A stretch of 41,558 nucleotides of DNA, taken from assembly GCA_051954315.1 (NCBI GenBank), contig JBQCHW010000070.1, positions 1 through 41,558 on the forward strand, in the 5' to 3' direction. Shown piece after piece: positions 17,973-27,326 of this stretch; the stretch's first letter is position 1; each line of letters opens with the position of its first letter. The notes beneath the pieces were generated by a model. That model was not told where the DNA came from, ran no database searches, and saw only the letters and a program-made list of their open reading frames with translations. Source of the stretch: Solirubrobacterales bacterium (GTDB lineage Bacteria; Actinomycetota; Thermoleophilia; Solirubrobacterales; 70-9). Made by a program: the position numbers and the translations under genes.

Positions 17973-19219
17973 CCGTCGCGGTTGAGCCGGGCGGCGCGCT
18001 TGGTCAGGTAGTTGCGCTCGGGGATGCTCCTGGTCAGCTCGGCGGCGCGCTCGTACTCGGCGGCCGCCGCGGTGCGCTCGCCCGCGTCCTCGAGCAGGTG
18101 GGCGCGGGTGCTGTGCAGGCGGTGGTGACCGGCGAGCTTCTCGTCGAGCTCGTCGAGAAGCGCCAGGCCCGCGTCCGGCCCATCGACCATCGCCGCCGCG
18201 ATCGCCCGGTTGAGGGCGACCATCGGGTTGCCGGTCACTTGCTCGAGCAGGCCGTAGAGGGCGAGGATTTCGCCCCAATTGGTCTCCTCCGGGCGCTTCG
18301 CCTTCGCGTGCTCGGCGGCGATCGCCGCCTGCAGCTGGTACTCGCCGACGGCGCCCTGCGCCACCGCCTCGCCGAGGATCGCCCGGCCCTCACCGATCAA
18401 GGCGCGGTCCCAGAGCGAGCGGTCCTGCTCCTCGAGCGGGATCAGCCCGCCACCGGCGTCGGTGCGGGCGGGGCGCCGCGCCTCGGTCAACAGCATCAGC
18501 GCCAGCAGGCCGCCGGCCTCGGGCTCGGCGGGCGCCGCCAGGTGGACGATGCGGCCGAGCCGGATCGCTTCGGCGGCCAGGTCGGCCCGCGCCAGCTCAG
18601 CGCCGGCGCTGACCGCGTAGCCCTCGTTGAAGATCAGGTAGATCGCCCGCAGCACCGAGCGCAGCCGCGCGGCCCGCTCCTCCGCCGCCGGCATCGCGAA
18701 CGGCTCGCCCGACTCCTTGACCGTCTTCTTCGCCCGGCTGATCCGCTGCGCCATCGTCTGCTCCGGGACGAGGAAGGCAGCGGCGATCTCCCCGGTGGTG
18801 AGGCCGGCGACCGCCCGCAGGGTGAGAGCGATCGCCGAGGCGGGGGAGAGCGCCGGGTGGCAGCACATGAACATCAGCAGCAGGGTCTCGTCTTCCTCGC
18901 CCACCTCCTCCGGTGCTGCCGGCGGCACCGGCTCCGCCGCCACCGCGTCCTCACGCTCGCGCCGCGCCACTTCGCTGCGGATCCGATCGCTCATCCGGCG
19001 CGAGGCGACGTGGACGAGCCAACCGGTCGGGTTCTCCGGCAGTCCCTGCGCCGGCCACTGTCGCGCCGCGTCGATCATCGCCTCCTGCACCGCGTCCTCG
19101 GCGTCGGCGAAGTCGCCGAACCGCCGCGCCACCGCAGCGAGGGCCCGCGGCGCACCCTCGCGCAGCAGGCCCTCGATCGCGTGGTTCCTTTGGCCCGGCA
19201 TAGGTGCGAAAGGAACCAC
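17969..19219 (-). CDS. ECF-type RNA polymerase sigma factor with a long C-terminal extension
   Basis: Region 2 (DAEDAVQEAMIDAA..WL) and region 4 HTH (LTTGEIAAAFLVPEQTMAQRISRAKK), then a ~200-aa TPR-like tail. It follows a YciI gene, a common pairing. Confidence 0.85.
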   Translation of the reverse strand: MVPFAPMPGQRNHAIEGLLREGAPRALAAVARRFGDFADAEDAVQEAMIDAARQWPAQGLPENPTGWLVHVASRRMSDRIRSEVARREREDAVAAEPVPPAAPEEVGEEDETLLLMFMCCHPALSPASAIALTLRAVAGLTTGEIAAAFLVPEQTMAQRISRAKKTVKESGEPFAMPAAEERAARLRSVLRAIYLIFNEGYAVSAGAELARADLAAEAIRLGRIVHLAAPAEPEAGGLLALMLLTEARRPARTDAGGGLIPLEEQDRSLWDRALIGEGRAILGEAVAQGAVGEYQLQAAIAAEHAKAKRPEETNWGEILALYGLLEQVTGNPMVALNRAIAAAMVDGPDAGLALLDELDEKLAGHHRLHSTRAHLLEDAGERTAAAAEYERAAELTRSIPERNYLTKRAARLNRDG

Positions 19220-19222
19220 GAC

Positions 19223-19621
19223 TCAGTGCTGGATCGGCGCGCTCATCACCTCGCGGACCTCGATCCGCTGCTTGATCGGTTTGCCGCCGGGGCCGGGGGC
19301 GGCGGAGCCTTCGGCGGCGATCTCGATCGCCCGCTCGACCGACTCGACGTCGATGATCCGGTAGCCGGCGAGCAGCTCCTTCGACTCGGGGAAGGGACCG
19401 TCGGTGACGACGGGCGTGCCGCTCTCATCCCAGACGACGAACTTGGCCAGCTCCGGCGCGGACAGACCGCGGGCATCGACGAACTCGCCACGCTCAGTCA
19501 GCTCGGCGTTCACGTCCTTCTGGTAGGTGATGTGGGCGTCGACCTCCTCCGGCGTCCACTTCGTCATCGGCGGCACGTCAGCCGGAACTCCACCGTAGTC
19601 CTGCAGCAGCATGAACATCAT
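19223..19621 (-). CDS. YCII-related domain protein
   Basis: 132 aa. DGPF.E.KE...GY motif (VVTDGPFPESKELLAGYRIIDV). RBS aaggagg upstream. Lies 3 nt upstream of the sigma gene. Confidence 0.8.
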   Translation of the reverse strand: MMFMLLQDYGGVPADVPPMTKWTPEEVDAHITYQKDVNAELTERGEFVDARGLSAPELAKFVVWDESGTPVVTDGPFPESKELLAGYRIIDVESVERAIEIAAEGSAAPGPGGKPIKQRIEVREVMSAPIQH

Positions 19622-19740
19622 CGTCGACCTCCTTGTTCGTCGCGCCCCTTCCGTAGGGCGCGTTCACAAGTCTGTCGGAGCCGCGCTGCGTTTTTCGACA
19701 TCGCCCGCAGAATCAGTCCCGATGGGCGAATTAGGCCCGG

Positions 19741-19848
19741 CTAGCGGCGCGGATGCTGCCGCACCTGGCGCTCGCGGGCGGCGATTTCGCGCATGCGCCG
19801 CTGCGACTCGGCTGCGTTGGCGAGCGTGAAGCTGGCTAGGAACCGCAT
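19741..19848 (-). CDS. Candidate small ORF (35 aa, basic)
   Basis: The ATG (complement of 19846-19848) lies 6 nt after AAAGGAGG. Product: MRFLASFTLANAAESQRRMREIAARERQVRQHPRR. Divergent from the CGNR gene. No homology support is available here. Confidence 0.35.
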   Translation of the reverse strand: MRFLASFTLANAAESQRRMREIAARERQVRQHPRR

Positions 19849-19941
19849 GATCTGCCTCCTTTGAAAACCATCACAACAACTTTGCGACACCGGCAAAAGC
19901 AACTTGCCGGTTTCACCAACACTAGCTAAACTAGATAGCCG

Positions 19942-20499
19942 GTGTCAAGCGATTCTCACAAGAGCGAGATGAAGCCCGAGATCGACCTTCTCGTCGACTT
20001 CGTCAACACCCGCGACCTCGAGGAGGAGACGGATTCGATCACCGATCCCGCCCAGCTAGGGGCCTGGATCGCCGAGCGCACCGGCGAGCACCTGCCGGAG
20101 CTGCAGGCAGAGGATGTAGGGCGGCTACAGGGCCTGAGGGAATCGATCCGGGCGCTGATGCACACCAACAACGGCGGCGAAGTGGGCGAGGCCGACCTGG
20201 AGCCACTGCGCGAAGCCGCTGAGCGCAGCCGCTTCCGCCTCGGCTTCGACCCCGGCGGAGGCCTAGAACTGAAGCCCGCCCGCGCCGACCTCTCCGGCTT
20301 CGAGTCGAGCCTCCTCCTCGCCCTCGAGCACCTCCAGTGCCACGAGGTCTGGCCCCGCCTCAAGGCCTGCACCGACGACGGCTGCCAGTGGGCCTTCTAC
20401 GACACCACCCGCAACCGCTCCCGCACCTGGTGCTCGATGGACGTCTGCGGCAACCGCCAGAAGACCAAGCGCTACCGGAAGCGCAAGAGCGCCGCATAA
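19942..20499 (+). CDS. CGNR zinc-finger (ABATE-family) putative regulator
   Basis: C-terminal zf-CGNR signature WCSMDVCGNRQKTKRYRKRK. GTG start. Confidence 0.85.
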   Translation: MSSDSHKSEMKPEIDLLVDFVNTRDLEEETDSITDPAQLGAWIAERTGEHLPELQAEDVGRLQGLRESIRALMHTNNGGEVGEADLEPLREAAERSRFRLGFDPGGGLELKPARADLSGFESSLLLALEHLQCHEVWPRLKACTDDGCQWAFYDTTRNRSRTWCSMDVCGNRQKTKRYRKRKSAA

Positions 20500-20509
20500 C
20501 CAGGCCGGA

Positions 20510-20539
20510 GGGACAAGCCGCCAAAAGGCGGCTTGTCCC
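20510..20539. terminator. Bidirectional terminator hairpin between convergent genes
   Basis: Perfect 13-bp stem gggacaagccgcc / ggcggcttgtccc with loop aaaa. Confidence 0.65.
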
Positions 20540-20545
20540 AATCAC

Positions 20546-21112
20546 CTAACCGAGGAAAAGCGAGGACGGTTTTGTGACGGTGTAGTTGGAGGTCCAGGTG
20601 CCTTCTGACGCGCAGAAGAAGCTGCCGCTGATCTTTTTCAGTTTAGTCGTGTTGATCGAGATTTTCGCCGGCGAGCCACCGATCAGAGTGCCTATGTCGG
20701 TTCCGGGGGATGCTCCGCCCCCATAAACGCAGCTGATGCCGAGGCTTGTGTCATTGACTGTGACTTCGTTCCCGATGGCAAATACTGTGCCGCTGGGGAA
20801 AATCGTCAATTCGCCTCCTTTGAGAGTGACCATGTCCTTGGAGCATTTTTCTGTAGTGATGGACCCGGCACCCCCTGCGCGTACTTCGGTGTTGGTGGTT
20901 ACGGTGCCAGTAGCGGTCGATCCGGTGCATGTGGTTTCGATGCCGGCTTTCATCACAGAAGAGGTGCCGGGGGTCATGGTTGCTTCCAGAGCTCCTGTGT
21001 ACTCGGTGCCCGCCGGCGATGTGAGGGTCGGGGTGGCTGAGGCGCTGCTGGCAAAAGCCATCAGCGAAGCAGCGGCCAAGGCCAACAGGCCGAACATCTT
21101 TTGATGCTTCAT
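20546..21112 (-). CDS. Small secreted Thr/Gly-rich protein, divergent family member P2
   Basis: RBS AAGGAG sits 7 nt upstream of the ATG. Signal peptide ends SSASA. It shares the N-terminal LTSP.GT motif and the C-terminal G.FFC / SLFLG pattern with P1, P3 and P4 but has only four Cys. Confidence 0.8.
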   Translation of the reverse strand: MKHQKMFGLLALAAASLMAFASSASATPTLTSPAGTEYTGALEATMTPGTSSVMKAGIETTCTGSTATGTVTTNTEVRAGGAGSITTEKCSKDMVTLKGGELTIFPSGTVFAIGNEVTVNDTSLGISCVYGGGASPGTDIGTLIGGSPAKISINTTKLKKISGSFFCASEGTWTSNYTVTKPSSLFLG

Positions 21113-21213
21113 GTGATTTCTCCTTGAGTGGGTGTTTGAAGCGCAGTTGTCCTAACAGACAGCTGCCGATAACTCAAGAACAATTGAGGAAAGCTGGCGA
21201 GTTTGCGAGAACG

Positions 21214-23805
21214 TCAGGCGACGCCGATCTCAGCGACCGGCTTCTTCGTCCCATCCCCCTGACGCGCCTGCACCGGTTTCGTCTTCGCGCAGAGGGCGGC
21301 GAACTTTTCCAGCAGCGCTTCCAGCTTCTCCGGGCGAACGGCTGCGCGCTGCTGCGCAAGCGGCTCTTGGTGGGCGCCTCCGGAGAGCTCCTTGACCGCG
21401 GCATCGATTTCGCGGGCGATCTCGGGGGTCCAGCGGACCATGTGGAGGTTGTGGACGCGGATGTTGCGAACCTGCCGCTCGACCGTATTGCCGAGGACGT
21501 AGACCTCGATCATCCGCTCGTAGGCCTTGCGCAGCTCCAGCTTCCAGCGCTGCGCTTCGGCCTCGTAACGCGGGTCATTGCCCTTATATAGAGGCGTCAG
21601 CTGACTCTTCAGCTCGTGCCTCAAGGCCTTGGCGCGCGCCATCGGCGAGCGCGCCTCCCAGGGCAGATCGTCAGAGACCACGCCGACATCGTGGTAGCGG
21701 CGTTCGAGCGCCTGCCCATGTAGCTCGACCCCGAGCTCCTCGGCCTTCTCCTGCAGGTAGTAGACGAAGACGAGGTCGTGGGTGAGGACGACGACCTGGC
21801 GGTGGGCGGCTTCCTCGACCAGGCGGGCGGCGACGTGCTCGCGGCGCTGGTGATCGAGGGAGGAGACCGGGTCGTCGAGGAGGATCGCGCTGCGCTCGCT
21901 GCTGACCCGCAGCTCGGCGAGGAAGAAGGCGGTCGCGAGCGCGGTCTGCTCGCCGGTGCTCAAGACCTTGCCGACCTTCTCCCGCCCCTCGGCGCGCAGC
22001 TTGAACTGGACCGCCGGCTTGCCTTTGCTGGCCGAGGCCTTCAGCTCGACGCGGCTGGCGATTGGGTCGAGCTCGCTCATCTCCTGCTCGACCGCTTCCC
22101 GCAGGCGGTCGGTGATCGCCAGGCGGCTGAGCTCGCGGATCCGGTTGGAGATCGAGGCGGTCGAGAGCTCCCGGCGCGCCGCTTCGCGGGTGGCGATCGC
22201 CTCCAGGCTCTCTATATAGGCGAGGACATCGGCGCGCGCCTCTCCGACCGCCTGCCGCGCCCGCAGCTGCCGCAGGCGCTCCTGCACCCGGGCGCGCTCG
22301 CGCTCGTTGCGCAGGACCGCGAACCCTTCGGCTTCGGCGACCTGAACCGCGACGTAGTCGCGCAGCGGCTTCAGCTCCAGGCCCCCGTCGAGGGAGGGCT
22401 CGCTGCGGCCGGTGACGATCGCCAGCCGGTCGGCCAGCGCCGCCAGCGCCGCGTCGGCCGGCTCCTGCAGGTGCTCGCCGGCAGCAGCCACCGCGACCTC
22501 CGCGTGGTGGGACAGCTCGCCGAGGTCCGGCAGCGCTTCCAGGTGCTCGGTCAGCAGCGCGTCGACCTGCCGCACCTGCTCGCGCAGGTTGCCCGAGACG
22601 AAGGCCTCGAAGCGCCGCATCCGCTCCCGCCCCTGCTCTTCCAGGTCCTGCTGGCAGAGGGGGCAGGTGGCGTCGCCGGCCTCGTTCGGGAAGGCGCCGT
22701 CGCCGGCTTCGACGAAGCGCCGCGCCGCCTCCCACATCTCCCGCCAGGCCTCGCCGCCGGTCCCCGGCTGCGGCTGGTCGGCGAAAGCCTCGGCGGCAAC
22801 CTGGTCGACGGCGGCCGAGGCGCGCGCCAGCCGCGTGCGCAGCTCGCCGATCTCCTCCAGCGCCTCATCGTCGAGCCGCTTCCAGGCGTCCTCGAGCTCG
22901 GCGGCCAGCCGCTCGACCGCCGCCGCGCGCTTCCGCGCCGCGGCCTCCAGCTCACGGCTGCCGTCGGAGGCGATCGCCGCCTCTGCCTTCTCCAGCTCCC
23001 GCAGCTCCGCCAGCTCCTCCTCGCCCAGCGCGCCGAAGGCCTCGACCTCCGCCCGCGTGGCTTCGCCCGCCTCGACCCGCGCCAGTAGCGCCGCCGCCTC
23101 CGGGTCGTCCAGCTCCGGCAGCTCGGGCAGCGCGTCCCGCAAGCCGTCGATCTGCTCGGCCAGCTCCTCCGCCAGCTCGCCCTGCGCCTCGACCAGTTCC
23201 TTCAGCAGCCGCAGCGGCCGCGGCGTGTGTTCGATCGTGTTCGACTTGCTGATGCAGAAGTCGGCGCAGCTGGCGTCGAAGGCGGTGATCGCGGAGAGGA
23301 TCCGCGGCGCCTCCTCGGCGAGGTCGACCTCCACCACCCGCTCCTCGCCTTCGATCGCGATCACGAACTCTGCCGTCTGCGGCGCCTCCGCCCGGCCGGG
23401 ATCGAAGACGTCGTGAAGCACCTCGCCCGGTTCGGCGGCCCGGCAGACCCGGCGCGCCAGCCGCCCGTAGCCGCTCTTGCCCGCCCCGTTCTCGCCGAAG
23501 ACGACGTTGAGGCCGGGGCCGAAGGAGAGCGCCTGGTCGCCGGCGAGGCTGTTGATGTTCTGCAGGTTGCGGATCTGCCGCAGTTCCACCGTCCCGTAAG
23601 CGCCCTCGTCGGCCGGCAGGTCGACCAGCCCTAGCGGCGGCAGCTCAGCGTCGCCGCCCCCGAGCAGCGCCGCCAGCACCCGCCCCCGCCCCGCCTCGTC
23701 GAGCGGGCCGTCGCAGAGCAGCCGCAGCAGCCCGCGCTGCCAGGCGGGCAGCTTCTCCGACCAGTTGAAGATCCGCTTCTGGAGGAACACGTCCCGCTCG
23801 GGCAT
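21214..23805 (-). CDS. Rad50-like ABC-type ATPase of the AAA_13 (RloC/PrrC-related) type
   Basis: Walker A GENGAGKS (aa 104-111). ~500-aa Ala/Glu/Leu/Arg-rich coiled-coil insert with CPLC at aa 381-384. ABC signature LSTGEQ (615-620), Walker B ILLDD (641-645), H-loop LTHD (674-677). ~185-aa C-terminal domain. Confidence 0.8.
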   Translation of the reverse strand: MPERDVFLQKRIFNWSEKLPAWQRGLLRLLCDGPLDEAGRGRVLAALLGGGDAELPPLGLVDLPADEGAYGTVELRQIRNLQNINSLAGDQALSFGPGLNVVFGENGAGKSGYGRLARRVCRAAEPGEVLHDVFDPGRAEAPQTAEFVIAIEGEERVVEVDLAEEAPRILSAITAFDASCADFCISKSNTIEHTPRPLRLLKELVEAQGELAEELAEQIDGLRDALPELPELDDPEAAALLARVEAGEATRAEVEAFGALGEEELAELRELEKAEAAIASDGSRELEAAARKRAAAVERLAAELEDAWKRLDDEALEEIGELRTRLARASAAVDQVAAEAFADQPQPGTGGEAWREMWEAARRFVEAGDGAFPNEAGDATCPLCQQDLEEQGRERMRRFEAFVSGNLREQVRQVDALLTEHLEALPDLGELSHHAEVAVAAAGEHLQEPADAALAALADRLAIVTGRSEPSLDGGLELKPLRDYVAVQVAEAEGFAVLRNERERARVQERLRQLRARQAVGEARADVLAYIESLEAIATREAARRELSTASISNRIRELSRLAITDRLREAVEQEMSELDPIASRVELKASASKGKPAVQFKLRAEGREKVGKVLSTGEQTALATAFFLAELRVSSERSAILLDDPVSSLDHQRREHVAARLVEEAAHRQVVVLTHDLVFVYYLQEKAEELGVELHGQALERRYHDVGVVSDDLPWEARSPMARAKALRHELKSQLTPLYKGNDPRYEAEAQRWKLELRKAYERMIEVYVLGNTVERQVRNIRVHNLHMVRWTPEIAREIDAAVKELSGGAHQEPLAQQRAAVRPEKLEALLEKFAALCAKTKPVQARQGDGTKKPVAEIGVA

Positions 23806-23919
23806 CGCTGAAGTTTTTCAGAACAGTCCAGCCGGTCCAGCCGGCGAGTCCGTGCGGCCAGCCTGGCTCTGGGATGCTGTGCCCCTCGCTCGTCTGAGCC
23901 AACCAGTCTGGAGAGATAT

Positions 23920-25467
23920 ATGTCGCGTTCGCGTCTTTCGCTGTTGTCCCTTGCCCTGCTCGCCTTGGCCGCTCTGTCCCCCGCCGCCCCGGCAGCTGCC
24001 GAACAGCTCGCCTACCAGTGCGGCAGCGACATCTGCCTGATCGACCCGGACAACCCGGCCGACGAGGGCAAAGACATCACCAACACCGCCACCGGCTCGG
24101 AGTGGTACCCGAAGTGGTCCCCGCTCGGCAACGCGATCGCTTACATGGGGCTCTATCCCGGCGACAACACCTGGGAGATCTACTCGATCGATCCCGCCGA
24201 ATCGGATCCGTCGGCGACCAACATCTCCCAGACCCCCGACCGCGATGAGAACAGCGAGTTCGACTGGTCCGCGGACGGGACCAAGATCGCCTTCGGCTCC
24301 CACAACCTCGCCAGCGACAACCCGCTCCAGGGCGAGGCCTACGTCGCCCGTGCCGATGGGGCCTCGCAGCCGGTCGCGATCGGCTCGAGCCCGGCCAACG
24401 AGGGCGCGCCGCACTTCTCGCCGGACGGCAACACCGTCGTCTTCGCCCGCGAAAGCCAGATCCTGATGGCCCCGGCCGACGGGACCGGGACCCCGACCCC
24501 GATCTCAGCTGCCGGCGTCGACTGGTCCCCCGACGGCCGCTACCTGGCCGGCTTCCGCTACGGCGCCTACCCCTACGGGCTGGAAATCAGCAAGGTCGAC
24601 GGCTCCGGGCGCTACGAACTCGAAAAGCCGATCGACAGCGGCACGCGGATCGACTGGTCCTGCGACTCGACCCGCATCGCCTACGTCGCTGACGAAGAAC
24701 CCAACCTCGACCAGGTTTGGGTCGCACCGACCGACGGTTCCGGCATCGGCGTCCAGATTCCGATGCCGCCCCACTGGTTCGTCCCCCACAACCCCGTCTT
24801 CTCCCCCGACGGCACCCGGATCGCCTTCGATGCCCGGCCCGACAGCGGCCCCGGCTACGAGCAGATCCTCGTCGCCCCCGCCGACGGCAGCGCCCCGGCG
24901 GTTCCGATCACCGATTCGGCCACGAACAACGAACAGCCCTCGTGGAAGCCGGGCCCGGAGTGCGCGGGTCAGATAGCACCGCCGCTAGTGCCCGGCGAAG
25001 GCGGCGGTTCGGGCTCCGGAGGCGGCAGCGGGAGCGGCACCGCCGGCGGCAACCTGCCCGCGACCCAGACCCCGGTGAAGCTGAAGCTCTCCCTGTTCAA
25101 GCAGCCGGTCATCCACAACCACTTCATGACCATCGCCTTCATCGACTGCCATGCGCAGGGCGGCCACCCGACTGGCAAAGTCGCTGAAATCTGCGCCGCC
25201 AACGCGCACGCCTACCCGACCGCGGTGGCGCCGCAGACGGCCTTCCGCCTGGAAAAGCCGAAGGCCTCGAAGCCCCTCTTCGCCAAGGGCGGCGTCAAGG
25301 TCCCCGCCGGCAAGAAAAAGCCGCTGAAACTGAAGATCACCGCCGCCGGGATGAAGCTCCTGAAGCCCGGCAAGACCCTGAAGCTGAAGGTCTCGATCGT
25401 CACCCGCCAGGGGACCGCGAAGCCGGTGAAGAAGACGAAGACGGTGACGGTTAAGGTCCCCAAGTAG
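23920..25467 (+). CDS. Secreted TolB-like PD40 beta-propeller repeat protein with Gly/Ser linker and Lys-rich C-terminal domain
   Basis: Signal peptide ends APAAAE. Repeated W/FSPDG..IAF motifs. GGGSGSGGGSGSG linker. Lys-rich tail. Confidence 0.85.
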   Translation: MSRSRLSLLSLALLALAALSPAAPAAAEQLAYQCGSDICLIDPDNPADEGKDITNTATGSEWYPKWSPLGNAIAYMGLYPGDNTWEIYSIDPAESDPSATNISQTPDRDENSEFDWSADGTKIAFGSHNLASDNPLQGEAYVARADGASQPVAIGSSPANEGAPHFSPDGNTVVFARESQILMAPADGTGTPTPISAAGVDWSPDGRYLAGFRYGAYPYGLEISKVDGSGRYELEKPIDSGTRIDWSCDSTRIAYVADEEPNLDQVWVAPTDGSGIGVQIPMPPHWFVPHNPVFSPDGTRIAFDARPDSGPGYEQILVAPADGSAPAVPITDSATNNEQPSWKPGPECAGQIAPPLVPGEGGGSGSGGGSGSGTAGGNLPATQTPVKLKLSLFKQPVIHNHFMTIAFIDCHAQGGHPTGKVAEICAANAHAYPTAVAPQTAFRLEKPKASKPLFAKGGVKVPAGKKKPLKLKITAAGMKLLKPGKTLKLKVSIVTRQGTAKPVKKTKTVTVKVPK

Positions 25468-27053
25468 TGCTGATCGACGGCCTGCCGCTGGAAGCTCCCG
25501 CCGCGCCGCTGGGCGACCTGCCGCGGGTCGGCTTCGACGCCGGGCCCGATGAGCTGGCGCTGGTGTCGGCGACCCGCTCGATGACCTGGCGTGAGCTCGA
25601 GGAGGAGAGCGAGCGGTTGGCCGGCGGCTATCGGGCGATGGGGCTGGAGGCGGGCGACCGGGTCGCCTCGCTGATGCCGAATCGGATCGCCCTGATCGTC
25701 CACTACCTCGCCTGCTTCAAGGCCGGGCTGGTGGTGACGCCGCTGAACTACCGCTACACCCACCGCGAGATCGACCACGCGCTGCAGGTCAGCGGCGCCA
25801 AGACGCTGCTCGCGCACGTCGAGCGGACCGAGGACGTGGGGGAGAGCGAGCTCGCGGGGGCGCTGCCGCTCGGCCTCGTCTCCTACGCCGACCCGGAGGG
25901 CCCGGGGCGCGCCGGGGACGTCGACTGGCCGCACGACTTCGACCGCCTGCTGGAGAGCGAGCCGCTGCCGCCGGCGCCGCAGCCCGACCCGGCCGAGCCG
26001 GCGGCGATCTTCTTCACCTCCGGCAGCACCGGGCCGGCCAAGGGCGTCACCCACACCCGCGAATCGCTGCGCTGGATGATCGCCAGCGCGGCCGCGGCGT
26101 TCGAGCTCGGCCCCGAGGACGTCTTCCTGCCCGGCTCCTCGATGTCTCACATCGGCTCCTTCCTCTGGGCGCTCAGCACGCTCTCGGTCGGCGGCGAGGT
26201 GGTGGTGGCGCGGACCTTCGACAGCCACGAGCTGCTGCCGTTGCTGCGCGAGCGCCAGCCGACGGTGCTGGCGATGATCCCGGCGGCGCTGCTGGCCCTG
26301 GTCCGCGACCACGACCTGCAGCCGCATGACTTCGACTCGCTGCGGATCTGCCGCTGCGGCTCGGACAAGGTCTCGACCGAGCTCCTGCACGAGTTCGCCG
26401 CCGTCGCCGGCTTCCCGATCGTCGAGGGCTACGGGATGACCGAGGTCGGGCTGGCGACGCTGAACCCGCCCTCGGGCGTGGTCAAGCAGGGCTCGATCGG
26501 GCGGCCGATCAACGGCTTCAGCATCGCCCTGCGCGGCGAGGACGGCGAGCCGGTCGGCGCCGACGCGGTCGGCCGCATCTTCATCCGCACCCGGGCGCGG
26601 ATGTCCGAATACTGGGAAGCGCCGGAGGCGACCGCCGAGGTCTTGAGCGAAGACTGGATCGACTCCGGTGACCTCGCCCGCGCCGACGAGGACGGCTACC
26701 TCTGGTTCTTCGGCCGCAAGAAGCAGGTGATCGTCCACGACGGCTCCAACATCAGCCCCTACGAGGTCGAGGGCGCCCTCAACGAGCACCCGGCGATCGC
26801 CCTCGCCGGCGCCGTCGGCGTCCACGACGAGGTCCACGGCGAGAACGTCCGCGCCTACGTCACCCTCCGCGACGGCGCCACCCGCCCCGCCGCCGCCGAC
26901 CTCATAGTCCACTGCCGCGACCGCATCGGCTACAAGGCCCCCGAGGAGATCCTCTTCCTCGACGAGATGCCCCTCAACCCCACCGGCAAGATCGACCGCG
27001 TGGGCCTGAAGAAGATGGCCGAAGAGCACCTGCACCCGCACGGGTTTAATTAG
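25467..27053 (+). CDS. AMP-dependent acyl-CoA synthetase/ligase
   Basis: Adenylate-forming motifs FFTSGSTGPAKGV, EGYGMTE, SGDLA and NPTGKIDR. The GTG overlaps the upstream TAG by 1 nt. Confidence 0.88.
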   Translation: MLIDGLPLEAPAAPLGDLPRVGFDAGPDELALVSATRSMTWRELEEESERLAGGYRAMGLEAGDRVASLMPNRIALIVHYLACFKAGLVVTPLNYRYTHREIDHALQVSGAKTLLAHVERTEDVGESELAGALPLGLVSYADPEGPGRAGDVDWPHDFDRLLESEPLPPAPQPDPAEPAAIFFTSGSTGPAKGVTHTRESLRWMIASAAAAFELGPEDVFLPGSSMSHIGSFLWALSTLSVGGEVVVARTFDSHELLPLLRERQPTVLAMIPAALLALVRDHDLQPHDFDSLRICRCGSDKVSTELLHEFAAVAGFPIVEGYGMTEVGLATLNPPSGVVKQGSIGRPINGFSIALRGEDGEPVGADAVGRIFIRTRARMSEYWEAPEATAEVLSEDWIDSGDLARADEDGYLWFFGRKKQVIVHDGSNISPYEVEGALNEHPAIALAGAVGVHDEVHGENVRAYVTLRDGATRPAAADLIVHCRDRIGYKAPEEILFLDEMPLNPTGKIDRVGLKKMAEEHLHPHGFN

Positions 27054-27326
27054 CCTGAGCGCATGGGAAGCGGCGATACGACAGCTGGTGCGGGGATCCA
27101 TCCTGACCTCGCCGTTGCTCTCGGCGCCGAAGCCGAGCGCGGCTACGACCTATCGAAGGCAAGACGCCGTCAAGTCGGCCCGCCATTGCTGGCCGACCCC
27201 TCCGCGTGATTGAGCTTCCGCCACTCGTGATCCTTACGGTGCGGCATAGAACTCGCCAAGTGGAGCTAAAGATAGGGGCCTGGAGGTACCCGGCTGACCG
27301 CCGACCCGCTCACTCGCCGAAGCGCA

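Noticed and set aside
23827-23844. Tandem 9-nt duplication tccagccgg x2 in the divergent spacer between the AAA_13 gene and the PD40 gene.
   Set aside because: There are only two units and no further copies. This is not a CRISPR or VNTR-like array, and at most a minor operator-like feature.
27259-27305. Possible att-like remnant of the tRNA-Ala(CGC) 3' end at the left edge of the islet: TGGAGCTA at ~27259-27266 and ACCGCCGACC at ~27296-27305 both occur in the tRNA gene.
   Set aside because: The matches are only 8 and 10 nt. They are not collinear with the tRNA (17 nt of extra spacing), and the GC-rich 10-mer is expected by chance in this genome. This is not enough to call a direct repeat or define the islet boundary.
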